Positions 10,390 to 20,938 of a stretch of 64,000 nt of DNA are shown here, piece after piece; the first letter of the stretch is position 1; every line of letters starts with the position of its first letter. The notes beneath the pieces were generated by a model, which searched no databases, was not told the origin of the DNA, and worked only from the letters and a program-made list of their open reading frames with translations. A program made the translations under genes and the position numbers. Source of the DNA: an uncultured Gammaproteobacteria bacterium (GTDB lineage Bacteria > Patescibacteriota > Microgenomatia > 2-02-FULL-39-11); contig CAZJBV010000002.1 of assembly GCA_964544585.1 (NCBI GenBank), forward strand, positions 131,468 to 195,467, given 5' to 3'.

Positions 10390-11118
10390 ATGGATTTTTC
10401 CTTTAATACAATACTTTTTGCAAGTCTAATTATCTTTTTTGCCTTTTATACAAGATCACTTTTCGGTTTTGGTGGGGCACTCATTTCCATACCCCTTCTA
10501 GCTTTTTTATTCGACCTTAAAATTGCCGTTCCGCTTGAAGCGATTTTTGAAGTGGCTCTAAGTCTTCTCCTAATTCGCGGAATCTGGAAAGATATAAACT
10601 GGAGAATTCTCTATTCTCTACTTATTGGTTCTGTCTTAGGAACAATACTAGGTACTTATTTTCTACAATCTTTTGCAAATATAATTTTACTCAAAATCCT
10701 TGGGTTTGTAATCATTATATTCTCATTAAATCTTCTGTTTAAACCGGATAAATATTTACACCTACCAAAAATATTTGGCGTTTTTGCTGGTATTATTGGC
10801 GGAACTCTCGGCGGGATGTTTGGCACAAGTGGCCCGCCTTACGTTTTGTACCTTGTCTATCAAATAAAGCCAAAAGAGATACTAAGAGCAACACTCATCG
10901 GTCTTTTTGCCTTCGATTTTATTTTCCGCCTAGGATATTTTGTCGTAAAGGGTCTTATAACCCAAGATATTCTTAGTATGACTTTTCTTCTGACCCCGGC
11001 TCTAATAGTAGGAACATTTCTAGGAAAAAGACATTTTACAGTATTTGATGAAAAGACATACAGAAAACTGGTAGTGATTCTTCTTATAGTAACAGGATTC
11101 TTGCTTATTCTGAAATAG
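10390..11118 (+). CDS. Sulfite exporter TauE/SafE (TSUP) family membrane protein
   Basis: GFGGALISIP, GGMFGTSGPP, multiple hydrophobic segments. Confidence 0.85.
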   Translation: MDFSFNTILFASLIIFFAFYTRSLFGFGGALISIPLLAFLFDLKIAVPLEAIFEVALSLLLIRGIWKDINWRILYSLLIGSVLGTILGTYFLQSFANIILLKILGFVIIIFSLNLLFKPDKYLHLPKIFGVFAGIIGGTLGGMFGTSGPPYVLYLVYQIKPKEILRATLIGLFAFDFIFRLGYFVVKGLITQDILSMTFLLTPALIVGTFLGKRHFTVFDEKTYRKLVVILLIVTGFLLILK

Positions 11119-11123
11119 CACTA

Positions 11124-11966
11124 TTAAAGTTCTTTTATTATCACTGTAAAATCCTCATTTGCGTATTTTTTCGTGGCTTTCCTAAATTCTGCTTCAAGTC
11201 TCTTTAATACTGGAAATTTATCTCTTTTAACCTCGGCAAGAGCTAATGTCAGATCTTTACTCATATTTGCCATAGAAAAAAGTAGGGGATAGGTATTATT
11301 TACATAATTAGGTAGTTTTAAATTCATCATCGGTGACATTGCTGGAACAGTTTTGAGAACTGCCGCCACTTTTTCTCTTGATATTTTCATGCTATCGGCC
11401 AAAATCATCCCTTCAGCCAACCCTTCTATTGTTGTTGCCAAAACTTGATTGTTTATCATTTTCATCGCCTGGCCTGATCCATTTGGTCCCATATAATGAT
11501 GATTTTTCCCCATCGCCATTAAAACCGACTTAACTTTTTCATAAACATCACGATTTCCACCAATAAAAATTGTTAGTTCTCCAGTTATTGCCTTCGGAGT
11601 ACTACCTGTCACTGGTGCATCCAGAAATTTAATTGAATATTTTTCTAGTTTTTTGGCAATCCTTTTGGCGTAAGTCGGTCCGATTGTGCTCATATCGACG
11701 ACGATTAACCCCTTTTTTGCGTCTTTAACTACCCCGTTTTTTCCAAAAAGCACTTCTTCTACATCTTTGCCTGCCGTCACCATGGTGATGATAACATCTA
11801 CGATCTTTGCTAACTCTTGAGGAGATTTTGCAGTTTTGGCACTGTTCTGAAGTTGTTTAGATTTAGAGAGGGTGCGATTATAGACAGTTAAATCGAACCC
11901 AGCCTTAATTATGTTCTTGGACATGGGCATTCCCATCAATCCAAGACCAATAAATCCTACTTTCAT
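11124..11966 (-). CDS. NAD(P)-dependent beta-hydroxyacid dehydrogenase (GarR/MmsB family)
   Basis: GFIGLGLMGMPM, VYNRT, DAPVTG, catalytic Lys in KMINN. Confidence 0.9.
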   Translation of the reverse strand: MKVGFIGLGLMGMPMSKNIIKAGFDLTVYNRTLSKSKQLQNSAKTAKSPQELAKIVDVIITMVTAGKDVEEVLFGKNGVVKDAKKGLIVVDMSTIGPTYAKRIAKKLEKYSIKFLDAPVTGSTPKAITGELTIFIGGNRDVYEKVKSVLMAMGKNHHYMGPNGSGQAMKMINNQVLATTIEGLAEGMILADSMKISREKVAAVLKTVPAMSPMMNLKLPNYVNNTYPLLFSMANMSKDLTLALAEVKRDKFPVLKRLEAEFRKATKKYANEDFTVIIKEL

Positions 11967-12006
11967 AATTTGGGCCTATTATATCATTTTGTAGTAAAAT
12001 ATAGGC

Positions 12007-12732
12007 ATGATTCGCGATATTCCTATTCTCATCCTCCACGGGTGGAATTTAAGCGCGGAAAAATTCGCCCCATTGGTCAACGAACTGAGAATAAAAGGCT
12101 TTAATGCCCAGGCTTCCGACCTCCCCGGTTTTGGCACTTCCCCAAAGCCCAAAAATCCTCTCACTTTATCAGATTATGTGAGGTATGTCGACAAATACGT
12201 AAAAAGTAAAAATTGGTCAGAAATCGTCATCATAGGCCATTCCTTTGGTGGGAGATTGGCCATAAAGCTCGCCTCTCAAAACCCGAAATTTCTCAAGGCT
12301 CTCATTCTTTCAGGTGCGCCGGGTTACAACCCTGTTCCAAAGCTTAAAATCTTATTCTTTCTGTCACTCGCCAAATTAGGAAACGCCATATTCGCTCTAC
12401 CAATTTTAAAAAATTTTAGCACTCTTTCACGACATTTCCTCTATCGCGCCGCGCAAGCAACCGATTTTTACAATACAGATAAAAACATGAGAGACACATT
12501 CAAAAACATTGTCAAGGAAGAATTAGTTGACTATATGGCTCAAATAAAAGTTCCCACGCTATTAATCTGGGGTGAAAATGATCTTATTGTTCCTGTGTCC
12601 ATAGCAAAAAAAATGAGTAAAGTAATCCCCAATGCAAAATTGACAGTTATTCCCGATGCTCGCCACGGCGCCCCATGGACGCATCCAAAAGAATTTGTTG
12701 AGTCAGTAATCAAATTTTTAGATAAGATATGA
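12007..12732 (+). CDS. Alpha/beta hydrolase
   Basis: LHGW, DLPGFG, GHSFGG, WGEND, His in ARHG. Confidence 0.9.
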   Translation: MIRDIPILILHGWNLSAEKFAPLVNELRIKGFNAQASDLPGFGTSPKPKNPLTLSDYVRYVDKYVKSKNWSEIVIIGHSFGGRLAIKLASQNPKFLKALILSGAPGYNPVPKLKILFFLSLAKLGNAIFALPILKNFSTLSRHFLYRAAQATDFYNTDKNMRDTFKNIVKEELVDYMAQIKVPTLLIWGENDLIVPVSIAKKMSKVIPNAKLTVIPDARHGAPWTHPKEFVESVIKFLDKI

Positions 12733-14261
12733 ATATAATAGAAATTGGTTTATTCTTATATAGTGTATATATTCTTCGCAGAATTCTATTCGCTGTCTAC
12801 ATATGGCAGCTCAAAGAGTATAGAGCTGATCGGATGCTTTCTTTCCTTCGTACCCCGAACGGTAAGTCGCTTTTTCTAAATCCAATAGAATATTTCAAAT
12901 GGATTATTTGTACCGTTTCTTTTATCGCCATTATTTATCCAGCACGGGCAACAGATTTCATATTTCTAAGCATAATAGTATTTCTTGTTCTTATAACAAT
13001 TCCAATTTTATTCTACTCAATTACGGGATTTATAAGCCTAGTCAATTTATTTCGCCATAAATGGAAGACTCCCATTTTTACAGTCAAAGCTTTGACAATT
13101 TTAGCAATATTAATAGCTCTATTATCAATAAATTTAGGTATTTATTGGTTTGTTAATGGTTACTATCTTGGGTTTCTTTTACTCCTTTTATTCGACCTAT
13201 TCGTCCTTCCTATCACTGGAGTATTAGTCCTTTTACTAAATATTCCAACTACAATTTACAAAAATTATCTCGAAAGCGTAGCAAAAAGAAAAATCGAAAG
13301 CATGAAGAATCTGATAGTTTTAGGAATCACCGGTAGCGTAGGTAAAACCTCCACCAAAGAATTTTTAGCCAAAATTCTTGAGGCAAAATATAAGGTTGCC
13401 AAAACTCCAGAAAGCATCAATACAGAAATGGGTATTGCCAAATTTATTCTAAACGACTTAAAAGATGATACAGAAATTTTTATCGTCGAAATGGGAGCCT
13501 ACAAAAAGGGAGAAATAAAATCTATCTGCGATATGGTACATCCAAAAATTGGAATAATGACATATATAGGCACTCAGCATTTCGAATTGTTTGGAAACCT
13601 TCAAAACCTCATTGATGCAAAATATGAATTAATTGAATGTTTACCTCCCGATGGTTTGGCAGTATTAAATGAAGAAAACGAGATTTGTAGAAAACTTGCT
13701 CAAAAAGCAAAGGGAGAAGGAAGGGAAGTCCTATTATACGGTCGAAATAAAGCCAAATTAAAGTCCTATCCTGCTCCAAAACTTTTGGGAAAACAGATAA
13801 TTCCCAATCTACTTGCAGCTATCTCGGTTGCAGAATTCTTAAATATCCCATCAAATCAGATAAAAAAGCAAATTTCCCAGCTTACACCTCCAGTCCACAC
13901 CATGGAATCGGTAGGAAACTACAAAGGAGCAACGCTCATAGATGATACTTTCAATATAAGCCGAGAATCGAGCCTCGCTGCCATCGATTATATGAAGTCA
14001 TTTAAAGGTAAAAAAGTTTTAATTCTTTCACCCCTTATCGAATTAGGCACTCAAACAAGTAAGATAGGTCAGGAAGTGATAGGGAGAGCCCGAAAAATTT
14101 GCGATCTAGTTATTTTAGCAGATAAAAATTCGCCAGAAAAAACCAAACCCCAAATCGATAAATTAGTTGAAATTGATAGTATCATTTTATTTGAAGGCAA
14201 AGAAGCAAAAAAATATTTAGAATATTTAACTAAACGCTATACGCTAAACGCTATACGCTGA
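12729..14261 (+). CDS. murF: MurF-like Mur ligase with an N-terminal multi-pass membrane region
   Basis: GITGSVGKTSTKE, INTEMG, VEMGAY, IDDTFN; about 170 hydrophobic N-terminal residues. Confidence 0.75.
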   Translation: MNIIEIGLFLYSVYILRRILFAVYIWQLKEYRADRMLSFLRTPNGKSLFLNPIEYFKWIICTVSFIAIIYPARATDFIFLSIIVFLVLITIPILFYSITGFISLVNLFRHKWKTPIFTVKALTILAILIALLSINLGIYWFVNGYYLGFLLLLLFDLFVLPITGVLVLLLNIPTTIYKNYLESVAKRKIESMKNLIVLGITGSVGKTSTKEFLAKILEAKYKVAKTPESINTEMGIAKFILNDLKDDTEIFIVEMGAYKKGEIKSICDMVHPKIGIMTYIGTQHFELFGNLQNLIDAKYELIECLPPDGLAVLNEENEICRKLAQKAKGEGREVLLYGRNKAKLKSYPAPKLLGKQIIPNLLAAISVAEFLNIPSNQIKKQISQLTPPVHTMESVGNYKGATLIDDTFNISRESSLAAIDYMKSFKGKKVLILSPLIELGTQTSKIGQEVIGRARKICDLVILADKNSPEKTKPQIDKLVEIDSIILFEGKEAKKYLEYLTKRYTLNAIR

Positions 14262-14266
14262 CAAAT

Positions 14267-15496
14267 ATGATTTCAATTGGCTTATCTCCTAATACCCAAA
14301 AAGATGACGTCTGGCAAGCGATAAAAACCATTTTCCAATTTTGGCAGTGGCAACATGGAAACTCTGTCTCCAAAGTAGAAGATTGGTTCAAAGACTATAT
14401 CTCAAATTTCGATATCTTTTCTACCAATAGCGGCCGGTCGGCTATGTGGTTCGTCCTAAAAACATTTGGTATTGGAAATGGAGACGAAGTTATCTTACAG
14501 GCATTTACCTGTCTTGCAGTTCCCGAAGTAATTATTTGGATAGGTGCAGTGCCCGTATTTGTAGATGTTGATGATTCAATAAATATTGATTATAGAAAGT
14601 TAGAAAGATCTATAACACCAAAAACGAAGGCAATAATTGTTCAACATACATTTGGTATACCAGCGAACATAAAAAAGATCAAAGAAATTGCTCAAAAGTA
14701 TAATCTTATCCTGATAGAAGACTGTGCACATTCTTTAGGAGCTACCGTTGAAGAGAAGAGAGTTGGTACTTTTGGCGATGCAGCCTTTTTTAGCTTCGGC
14801 AGAGACAAAGTCATATCCTCTGTCTTTGGCGGACTCGCAGCCATCAAAAAAACTCATCAAAACAAAAAATTAATCGAGAGAGCTCATAGTATTGATAAAG
14901 AGCTATCATATCCAAGTAATTTCTGGATTTTTCAACAACTACTTCATCCAATAATTTCTTGGTTGGCTCTTAGCCTCTATGATCTAGGCATCGGAAAACT
15001 ACTCTTGGTCATCTCTCAAAAATTAAACTTATTATCTTTTCCCATTTTCAAAGAAGAAAAGATGGGAAAAATGCCTGAAGTATTTCCCAAAAAAAACCCA
15101 AACGCTCTGGCAACTTTACTTCTTAATCAACTCCAAAAATTATATATATATAACCAGCATCGAATTAAAATAGCGAAAGCCTATCAAGAAGAATTGGGTA
15201 GAATTAAAAATATTACAATTCCCAAGGCAACTGAAGGATCAATTTTTCTTCGCTATAACATTTTAGTAGAAAATCCTGATAATATAAGAAAAAAGGCAAA
15301 ACAAGAAGGCTTTTTATTGGGTAATTGGTACCATGACACAATTGATCCAAAAGGTACAAGAAACTTGGTTGGTTACAAAAAAGGCAGCTGTCCACATGCC
15401 GAATCCATAGCCGAAAAATCTCTCAACTTACCCACGCATATCAAAATGCCACTCTCTTGGGTTGAAAGATTGATTTCAATAATTAAAAATTCCTAA
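14267..15496 (+). CDS. DegT/DnrJ/EryC1/StrS PLP-dependent aminotransferase family
   Basis: NSGRSA, QHTFG, IEDCAH, FSFGRDK, LNLPTH. Confidence 0.88.
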   Translation: MISIGLSPNTQKDDVWQAIKTIFQFWQWQHGNSVSKVEDWFKDYISNFDIFSTNSGRSAMWFVLKTFGIGNGDEVILQAFTCLAVPEVIIWIGAVPVFVDVDDSINIDYRKLERSITPKTKAIIVQHTFGIPANIKKIKEIAQKYNLILIEDCAHSLGATVEEKRVGTFGDAAFFSFGRDKVISSVFGGLAAIKKTHQNKKLIERAHSIDKELSYPSNFWIFQQLLHPIISWLALSLYDLGIGKLLLVISQKLNLLSFPIFKEEKMGKMPEVFPKKNPNALATLLLNQLQKLYIYNQHRIKIAKAYQEELGRIKNITIPKATEGSIFLRYNILVENPDNIRKKAKQEGFLLGNWYHDTIDPKGTRNLVGYKKGSCPHAESIAEKSLNLPTHIKMPLSWVERLISIIKNS

Positions 15497-15497
15497 T

Positions 15498-16499
15498 ATG
15501 TATTCTATTTCCGAAATAAACAATAAAGAAAAATGGGAAAATTTCATTAAGGACTACTCCCCCCAAAGCTACTTTCAATCTTGGAATTGGGGTGATGTAA
15601 TTAAAACCACGGGTTCAAATATCAAACGGATTGGGCTTTTCCATAAAAAAGAACTTATCGGGCTTTCTCAGATTACAACGCTAAAGGCTAAAAGGGGAAC
15701 ATTTCTCCATATAAGAAATGGACCAATATTAAAAGCATGGAATCCAAAATCGTTTAAGATACTATTAGATTATTTGCATCAATATGCCAAAGAGGAAGAA
15801 GCTTCTTTCATCCGCATTAGCCCCCTCATTCCCAACACCCAGCAAAACATTGAATTTGTGACAAAGTTTGGATTTAGACCGGCCCCCATCCACGCCATGG
15901 ACGGCGAATATGTTTGGGTTTTGGATTTAAACAAACCAGAGGAAGAAATATTGAGGGTTATGCGCAAAACCACTCGCTATTTAATAAAAAGGGCCCAAAA
16001 AATGGGAGTCGAGGTTAAAATTTCAAATAACATTAATGATTTTTACTCGCTCTATAGAGAAACAGCAAAAAGACACGGATTTATAGAGCATAAGGAAATA
16101 GAAGAAGAATTTAATATATTTTCAAAAGAAGGAAATGCAATTTTATTTGTAGGAAAGTATCACGGCAAACTAATTTCCGCGGCCATCATAGTTTTTTACC
16201 AAAATCAGGCAATTTATCGCCATGGAGCCTCTATCCCTTCTGATATCCCAGTTAGTTACCTAATCCAATGGCAGGGAATTTTAGAAGCCAAAAAAAGACG
16301 CATATCTATATATAATTTTTTTGGCATAGCTCCACCTAATAAGACCAATCATCCCTGGAATGGAATCACTCTTTTTAAAACTGGATTTGGCGGTAGAGTC
16401 ATTTCCTATTTACATGCCCAAGACAAAGCCCTCTCACCTAAATATTGGTTAAATTATCTGGTTGAATGGACAAGAAAAGTAAAAAAAGGATATACTTAA
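15498..16499 (+). CDS. FemAB/FemX-family peptidoglycan bridge aminoacyltransferase
   Basis: FQSWNWG, RKTTRYLI, GITLFKTGFGG. Confidence 0.85.
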   Translation: MYSISEINNKEKWENFIKDYSPQSYFQSWNWGDVIKTTGSNIKRIGLFHKKELIGLSQITTLKAKRGTFLHIRNGPILKAWNPKSFKILLDYLHQYAKEEEASFIRISPLIPNTQQNIEFVTKFGFRPAPIHAMDGEYVWVLDLNKPEEEILRVMRKTTRYLIKRAQKMGVEVKISNNINDFYSLYRETAKRHGFIEHKEIEEEFNIFSKEGNAILFVGKYHGKLISAAIIVFYQNQAIYRHGASIPSDIPVSYLIQWQGILEAKKRRISIYNFFGIAPPNKTNHPWNGITLFKTGFGGRVISYLHAQDKALSPKYWLNYLVEWTRKVKKGYT

Positions 16500-16511
16500 A
16501 GAACTTATACA

Positions 16512-16880
16512 ATGGAAGCGCTCCGAAGACATCATATTTCTTTCAAAAATGCTTTTGCCGGACTGTGGTGGTCCTTTAAAACTCAACCAAATTTTCGCGT
16601 CCACTTTTCTTTGGCTCTAATTTCGCTTCTGGCAGGATGGTATTTCCAAATTTCTTACCTAGAGATGGCGATTATCATTTTTGCCATATTTTTTGGCCTA
16701 GCTATGGAAATGGTGAATACTTCAATCGAAGAGATGACCGATCTTATTACGACCGAATGGAGAAAAGAAGCAAAAATAGCCAAAGACGTATCGGCAGGAA
16801 TGATGCTTTTATCTGCCTTGGCAACAGTGATCATCGCTGCCTTAATTTTACTACCGAGAATTGCTGAAAAATTCTTCTAG
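16512..16880 (+). CDS. dgkA: Diacylglycerol/undecaprenol kinase
   Basis: SFKNAFAG, EMVNTSIE, AKDVSAG; three TM segments; precedes mraY. Confidence 0.88.
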   Translation: MEALRRHHISFKNAFAGLWWSFKTQPNFRVHFSLALISLLAGWYFQISYLEMAIIIFAIFFGLAMEMVNTSIEEMTDLITTEWRKEAKIAKDVSAGMMLLSALATVIIAALILLPRIAEKFF

Positions 16881-16892
16881 AATTAAATACTT

Positions 16893-17930
16893 ATGGGTTT
16901 TCGCTTAAGTTTGCTACTCTTATCATTTTTTTTGACCATATTTACTTTTATTCCCTTTATAAATCTCCTTTATAAATGGAAACTACAAAGGAAAAAGCAG
17001 GAGACAAAAGACGTCTTTCAAAAACCTACACCCATATTTGATAAACTCCATAGATTAAAAGCAGGCACACCCGTCGGCGGAGGACTATTGGTTATATTCG
17101 CGACCGTCATCCTTTTTCTTTTCTCATTCATTGCCCAATACTATTTTTGGATACCGATTACTTCCGTCTATCAAAATAGAGGTAGTGAAATAAAAATTCT
17201 CCTTTTTACATTTATCGCTTTTGGTATCTTGGGTTTATATGATGACGTTAGAAAAACTTTTTTTACAGAAGGTGAAAACTTTTTTGGCCTCCGTTTGAGA
17301 CACAAATTAATCTTGGAAATATTCCTTTCGCTAGTTGTAGGCTTCTGGCTTTTTACGGAACTTAAGATTAGTATCATTCACATTCCTCTTTTAGGCGTTT
17401 TTGAAATAGGTATACTCTTTATCCCATTTGCAGCCTTTGTCATTATTGCTTTCTCCAACGCCTTCAATATAACAGATGGATTGGATGGTTTGGCTTCTGG
17501 CCTTCTTATGATTGCAATTTCAGCATTTTGGGTAGTAGCCGCATCTATTCTGGATACTCCAATCTCAAATTTTATTGCCATCTGGATTGGAGCTCTTATT
17601 GCTTTTTTATACTTTAATATTTATCCGGCCAGAATTTTCTTGGGAGATGTTGGCTCGCTTTCTTTCGGAGCTACACTCGCTGTTATTGGTCTTATGACCG
17701 GCAAAGTGTTTTCACTTGTTATTATAGGAGGCCTATTTGTAGCCGAGGTCGGATCGTCACTTTTACAGATCCTAACCAAAAAATTTGTCGGAAAAAAACT
17801 TTTCAAAGTCGCACCTCTACACCTTCTTCTTCAGGAAGCCGGTTGGCCGGAAAGCAAAGTTGTCATGCGTGGTTGGATCACCGGAATCATTTTAGCTATC
17901 CTAGGACTCTGGTTGGCGCTCGTCAGATAG
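16893..17930 (+). CDS. mraY: Phospho-N-acetylmuramoyl-pentapeptide transferase
   Basis: KAGTPVGGG, GLYDD, NITDGLDGL, FLGDVGS, APLH. Confidence 0.93.
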   Translation: MGFRLSLLLLSFFLTIFTFIPFINLLYKWKLQRKKQETKDVFQKPTPIFDKLHRLKAGTPVGGGLLVIFATVILFLFSFIAQYYFWIPITSVYQNRGSEIKILLFTFIAFGILGLYDDVRKTFFTEGENFFGLRLRHKLILEIFLSLVVGFWLFTELKISIIHIPLLGVFEIGILFIPFAAFVIIAFSNAFNITDGLDGLASGLLMIAISAFWVVAASILDTPISNFIAIWIGALIAFLYFNIYPARIFLGDVGSLSFGATLAVIGLMTGKVFSLVIIGGLFVAEVGSSLLQILTKKFVGKKLFKVAPLHLLLQEAGWPESKVVMRGWITGIILAILGLWLALVR

Positions 17931-17946
17931 AATTCATTCATAACTT

Positions 17947-19065
17947 ATGAAGCGAAAGTATAGTAATATTCTCGTTCTTAAAAAGCAACAGGCCCACCGC
18001 GATTTTATCATTTTTCTTGTGACGGGATGTCTCTGTCTTTTTGGTCTAGTGATGGTTTTTGAATCATCCAATGTCAATGCCTTCAGAGATTTTGGTGATC
18101 AATATTACTTTGTAAAGGACCAGCTTGCATGGATTGTCCTAGGAACAGTCGGACTGGTATTTACCTCTTTTTATGACTACCATAAATATTATAAATTAGC
18201 TCTACCTCTTCTTATAGGTACGATTGTTCTTCTTGTTTTAGTTTTTATTCCTGGGTTAGGCATTCAGGCCCTGGGAGCTAGACGCTGGCTAGGAATAGGA
18301 AATTATAGCTTGCAGCCGGCAGAATTTGCCAAATTAACCATGGCCATATATTTAGCCGCCTGGTTTGCGCACAAGGAGAAAGGAAGACTTTTAGCTTTTC
18401 TCTTACTCGTAGGTCTAGTCGCAGGACTCGTAATTCTCGAACCAGACCTTGGCACTTCGTTGGTACTTCTATCTAGTGCCTTGGTAATGTACTTTATTTC
18501 TGGTGCTCCACTTTGGCATTTCGTCGCCATATTGCCTCTTGGATTATCAGGTATTCTCTTATTATCTATTACAGCTCCATATAGACTAAAGCGATTGACC
18601 ACTTTCTTAAATCCCAACGAAGATCCTCTCGGAGCATCATATCACATCAGGCAAATTTTAATTGCCTTGGGTTCAGGAGGATTATTTGGTTTAGGTTTCG
18701 GAGCATCCCGACAAAAATATGAATATCTTCCCGAGGCAACCACAGATTCCATTTTTGCCATAATTGGTGAGGAATTTGGTTTCTTGGGTGCTGCCATAAT
18801 TATTCTTCTTTATCTACTTTTACTCACAAGACTAATTAAAATTGTCATCAATGCTCCCGACAGATTTGGCATGTTTCTTGCCAGTGGTTTATTTTCGGTC
18901 ATCGCTACCCAAATTGTCTTAAACTTAGGCAGCATGACTACGGTTTTTCCCTTAACAGGCGTACCCCTTCCCCTGATTTCCTACGGTGGTTCCAACATGA
19001 TTGTAACTCTTACTTCAATTGGCATTCTCCTCAACATCAAAAAACAGGGCGTAACCAAAAAATAA
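17947..19065 (+). CDS. ftsW: SEDS peptidoglycan polymerase FtsW
   Basis: GARRW, QPAEFAK, EPDLGT, LPEATTD, GVPLPLISYGG; between mraY and murG. Confidence 0.92.
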   Translation: MKRKYSNILVLKKQQAHRDFIIFLVTGCLCLFGLVMVFESSNVNAFRDFGDQYYFVKDQLAWIVLGTVGLVFTSFYDYHKYYKLALPLLIGTIVLLVLVFIPGLGIQALGARRWLGIGNYSLQPAEFAKLTMAIYLAAWFAHKEKGRLLAFLLLVGLVAGLVILEPDLGTSLVLLSSALVMYFISGAPLWHFVAILPLGLSGILLLSITAPYRLKRLTTFLNPNEDPLGASYHIRQILIALGSGGLFGLGFGASRQKYEYLPEATTDSIFAIIGEEFGFLGAAIIILLYLLLLTRLIKIVINAPDRFGMFLASGLFSVIATQIVLNLGSMTTVFPLTGVPLPLISYGGSNMIVTLTSIGILLNIKKQGVTKK

Positions 19066-19067
19066 AA

Positions 19068-19103
19068 CACCTCGAAGGTGGCCGAATGGACTCCTTCGAG
19101 GTG
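19068..19103. repeat. REP palindrome, minimal form, in the ftsW-murG gap
   Basis: CACCTCGAAGG-TGGCCGAATGGACT-CCTTCGAGGTG; 11-bp perfect outer stem. Confidence 0.88.
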
Positions 19104-19115
19104 AAAGAACCAATT

Positions 19116-20249
19116 ATGAATACACAAAAAATAATTATTACAGGCGGACATATTACTCCCGCCATATCTCTCATCGACATAATTGAAAAAATGAATAAAT
19201 TTGCCATCGTCTTTGTCGGTCGAAAGTATGCCCTGGAAAATGATGAAGAGACATCATTCGAATACAAAGAAGTTCATCAAAGAAACATACCTTTCTATAA
19301 TCTAAATGCCCCCAAACTCAAGAGAGAAAATCTTTTAACCTCCTTTCTTATTCCCATAAAACTTTTTACCGCAACCTTAAAAAGTATTGAAATTCTACTA
19401 AAAGAAAAACCAAGGGTAATTGTTTCCTTTGGCGGATACATAGCTCTACCTATTTGTCTCGCCGGGAAATTGTTGGGAATTCCAATCATAACCCATGAAC
19501 AAACAATGAGCATGGGCCTTGCCAATAAAATAATTGCTCGCACAGCTAATACAGTATGTATCTCATGGCCTGAAATGGATACATCCGGAATTCATACTAA
19601 GATAATCTACACTGGAAATCCCGTTCGCAAAGAATTCTTTGCCAAAACCCTGAGGATTCCAGAATTTTGGCCTGAAAAAGAAACTATACCCAAAATATTA
19701 ATAATGGGCGGAAGTCTAGGTTCTCATGCCATAAATGAAATCGTAGAAAAAAATCTAGAAACATTTCTTTCCTCTTACATTTTAATTCATATCTCCGGAA
19801 ACACGGCTCAATACCGAGATTTTGAAAGACTAACCATGGAAAAATCAAATCTCCCTCCAAGTCTTCACAATCGTTACCTCCTCTTCCCACATCTCTCGGC
19901 AGAAGAAGTCGCTTTTATCATGAAAAAAGCAGACATTCTTATCGGCAGGGCTGGGGCCAATACACTTTCAGAAATATTGATTTCAAAAATTACCGCTATT
20001 CTGATCCCTTTACCGAAGGGAGGAGGACAGGAACAAGAAATGCACGCCGATTATTTAACTTCCCTTGGAGTGGGTAAAAAGATTATCCAAAAGGGTTTAT
20101 CGGGGAATATTTTAACTGAATCAATCAAAAATGCTTTACAGGAAAAAGAAAAAATAAAGGCAGCGTTCTCAAAATTGGATCACACAAATAAATCAAAAGT
20201 CGCGGCTCTCAATCTTGTCAATGAAATAGAAAGTCTGGTGGTACAATAG
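19116..20249 (+). CDS. murG: Lipid II GlcNAc transferase MurG
   Basis: TGGHITP, FGGY, HEQT, TGNPVR, GGSLG, RAGANT; start moved to ATG 19116 because ATG 19086 lies in the REP. Confidence 0.92.
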   Translation: MNTQKIIITGGHITPAISLIDIIEKMNKFAIVFVGRKYALENDEETSFEYKEVHQRNIPFYNLNAPKLKRENLLTSFLIPIKLFTATLKSIEILLKEKPRVIVSFGGYIALPICLAGKLLGIPIITHEQTMSMGLANKIIARTANTVCISWPEMDTSGIHTKIIYTGNPVRKEFFAKTLRIPEFWPEKETIPKILIMGGSLGSHAINEIVEKNLETFLSSYILIHISGNTAQYRDFERLTMEKSNLPPSLHNRYLLFPHLSAEEVAFIMKKADILIGRAGANTLSEILISKITAILIPLPKGGGQEQEMHADYLTSLGVGKKIIQKGLSGNILTESIKNALQEKEKIKAAFSKLDHTNKSKVAALNLVNEIESLVVQ

Positions 20250-20253
20250 GAGA

Positions 20254-20934
20254 GTGAAATCTCGTTCTAAACTGACTATTCTCGCGATTTCAATTATTTT
20301 CCTCACAGGAATTCTTTTCGTTATCTCCTCATTACGCCTCAAGCAAGTTTTTGTCATCACATCCGATAAAAACATTGCCGGCCTAAAAATACTAAAAAGC
20401 GAAAATCTCCTTTTTGTTAACGAGGAAAATATCAAGAAAAACCTATTAGACAAGAATCCCTGGATAGAGGAAGTTAACATTACAAAGAAATTGCCAGACA
20501 AACTTTTTATTTCCTTAAAACAAAGAAAACCAAAAATATATATCAAAAGCCTATCAGAAATATATCAGGTAGCAGAAGATGGCACCATTCTTGATATTAA
20601 AAAAGACGGTGAAAGTTTCGATTTACCCCTAATCAACATTGATGGATTAATCGTCAAAAAAGGAGACAAGCTTCCCAGTCCCATTAAAAATCTCGTTTCT
20701 TTTGTTATTTCTGATATTAGAAGCATAAAAATTTCTTCTTCAAACCTTGATTTAAAAACCCAGATCGCCACTATTGTTCTTAACGACGAAACAAAAATAA
20801 CCGTTCCCTTACATAATTTAGATCCAAACTTTCCCACCTCTTTACAAACAATCGTTGAGAGATTTAGAATAGAGGGTAAGTCATTAGCGGGCATAGATTT
20901 TCGTTTCGAAAAACCCGTTATCACATTTAAATAA
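20254..20934 (+). CDS. ftsQ: Cell division protein FtsQ/DivIB-like
   Basis: N-terminal TM, POTRA-like PWIEEVNITKKLPD, C-terminal IDFRF; upstream of ftsA. Confidence 0.8.
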   Translation: MKSRSKLTILAISIIFLTGILFVISSLRLKQVFVITSDKNIAGLKILKSENLLFVNEENIKKNLLDKNPWIEEVNITKKLPDKLFISLKQRKPKIYIKSLSEIYQVAEDGTILDIKKDGESFDLPLINIDGLIVKKGDKLPSPIKNLVSFVISDIRSIKISSSNLDLKTQIATIVLNDETKITVPLHNLDPNFPTSLQTIVERFRIEGKSLAGIDFRFEKPVITFK

Positions 20935-20938
20935 ATAA

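Noticed and set aside
19086-19115. Longer murG start MDSFEVKEPI
   Set aside because: The ATG lies in the REP loop; ATG 19116 matches the normal MurG N-terminus.
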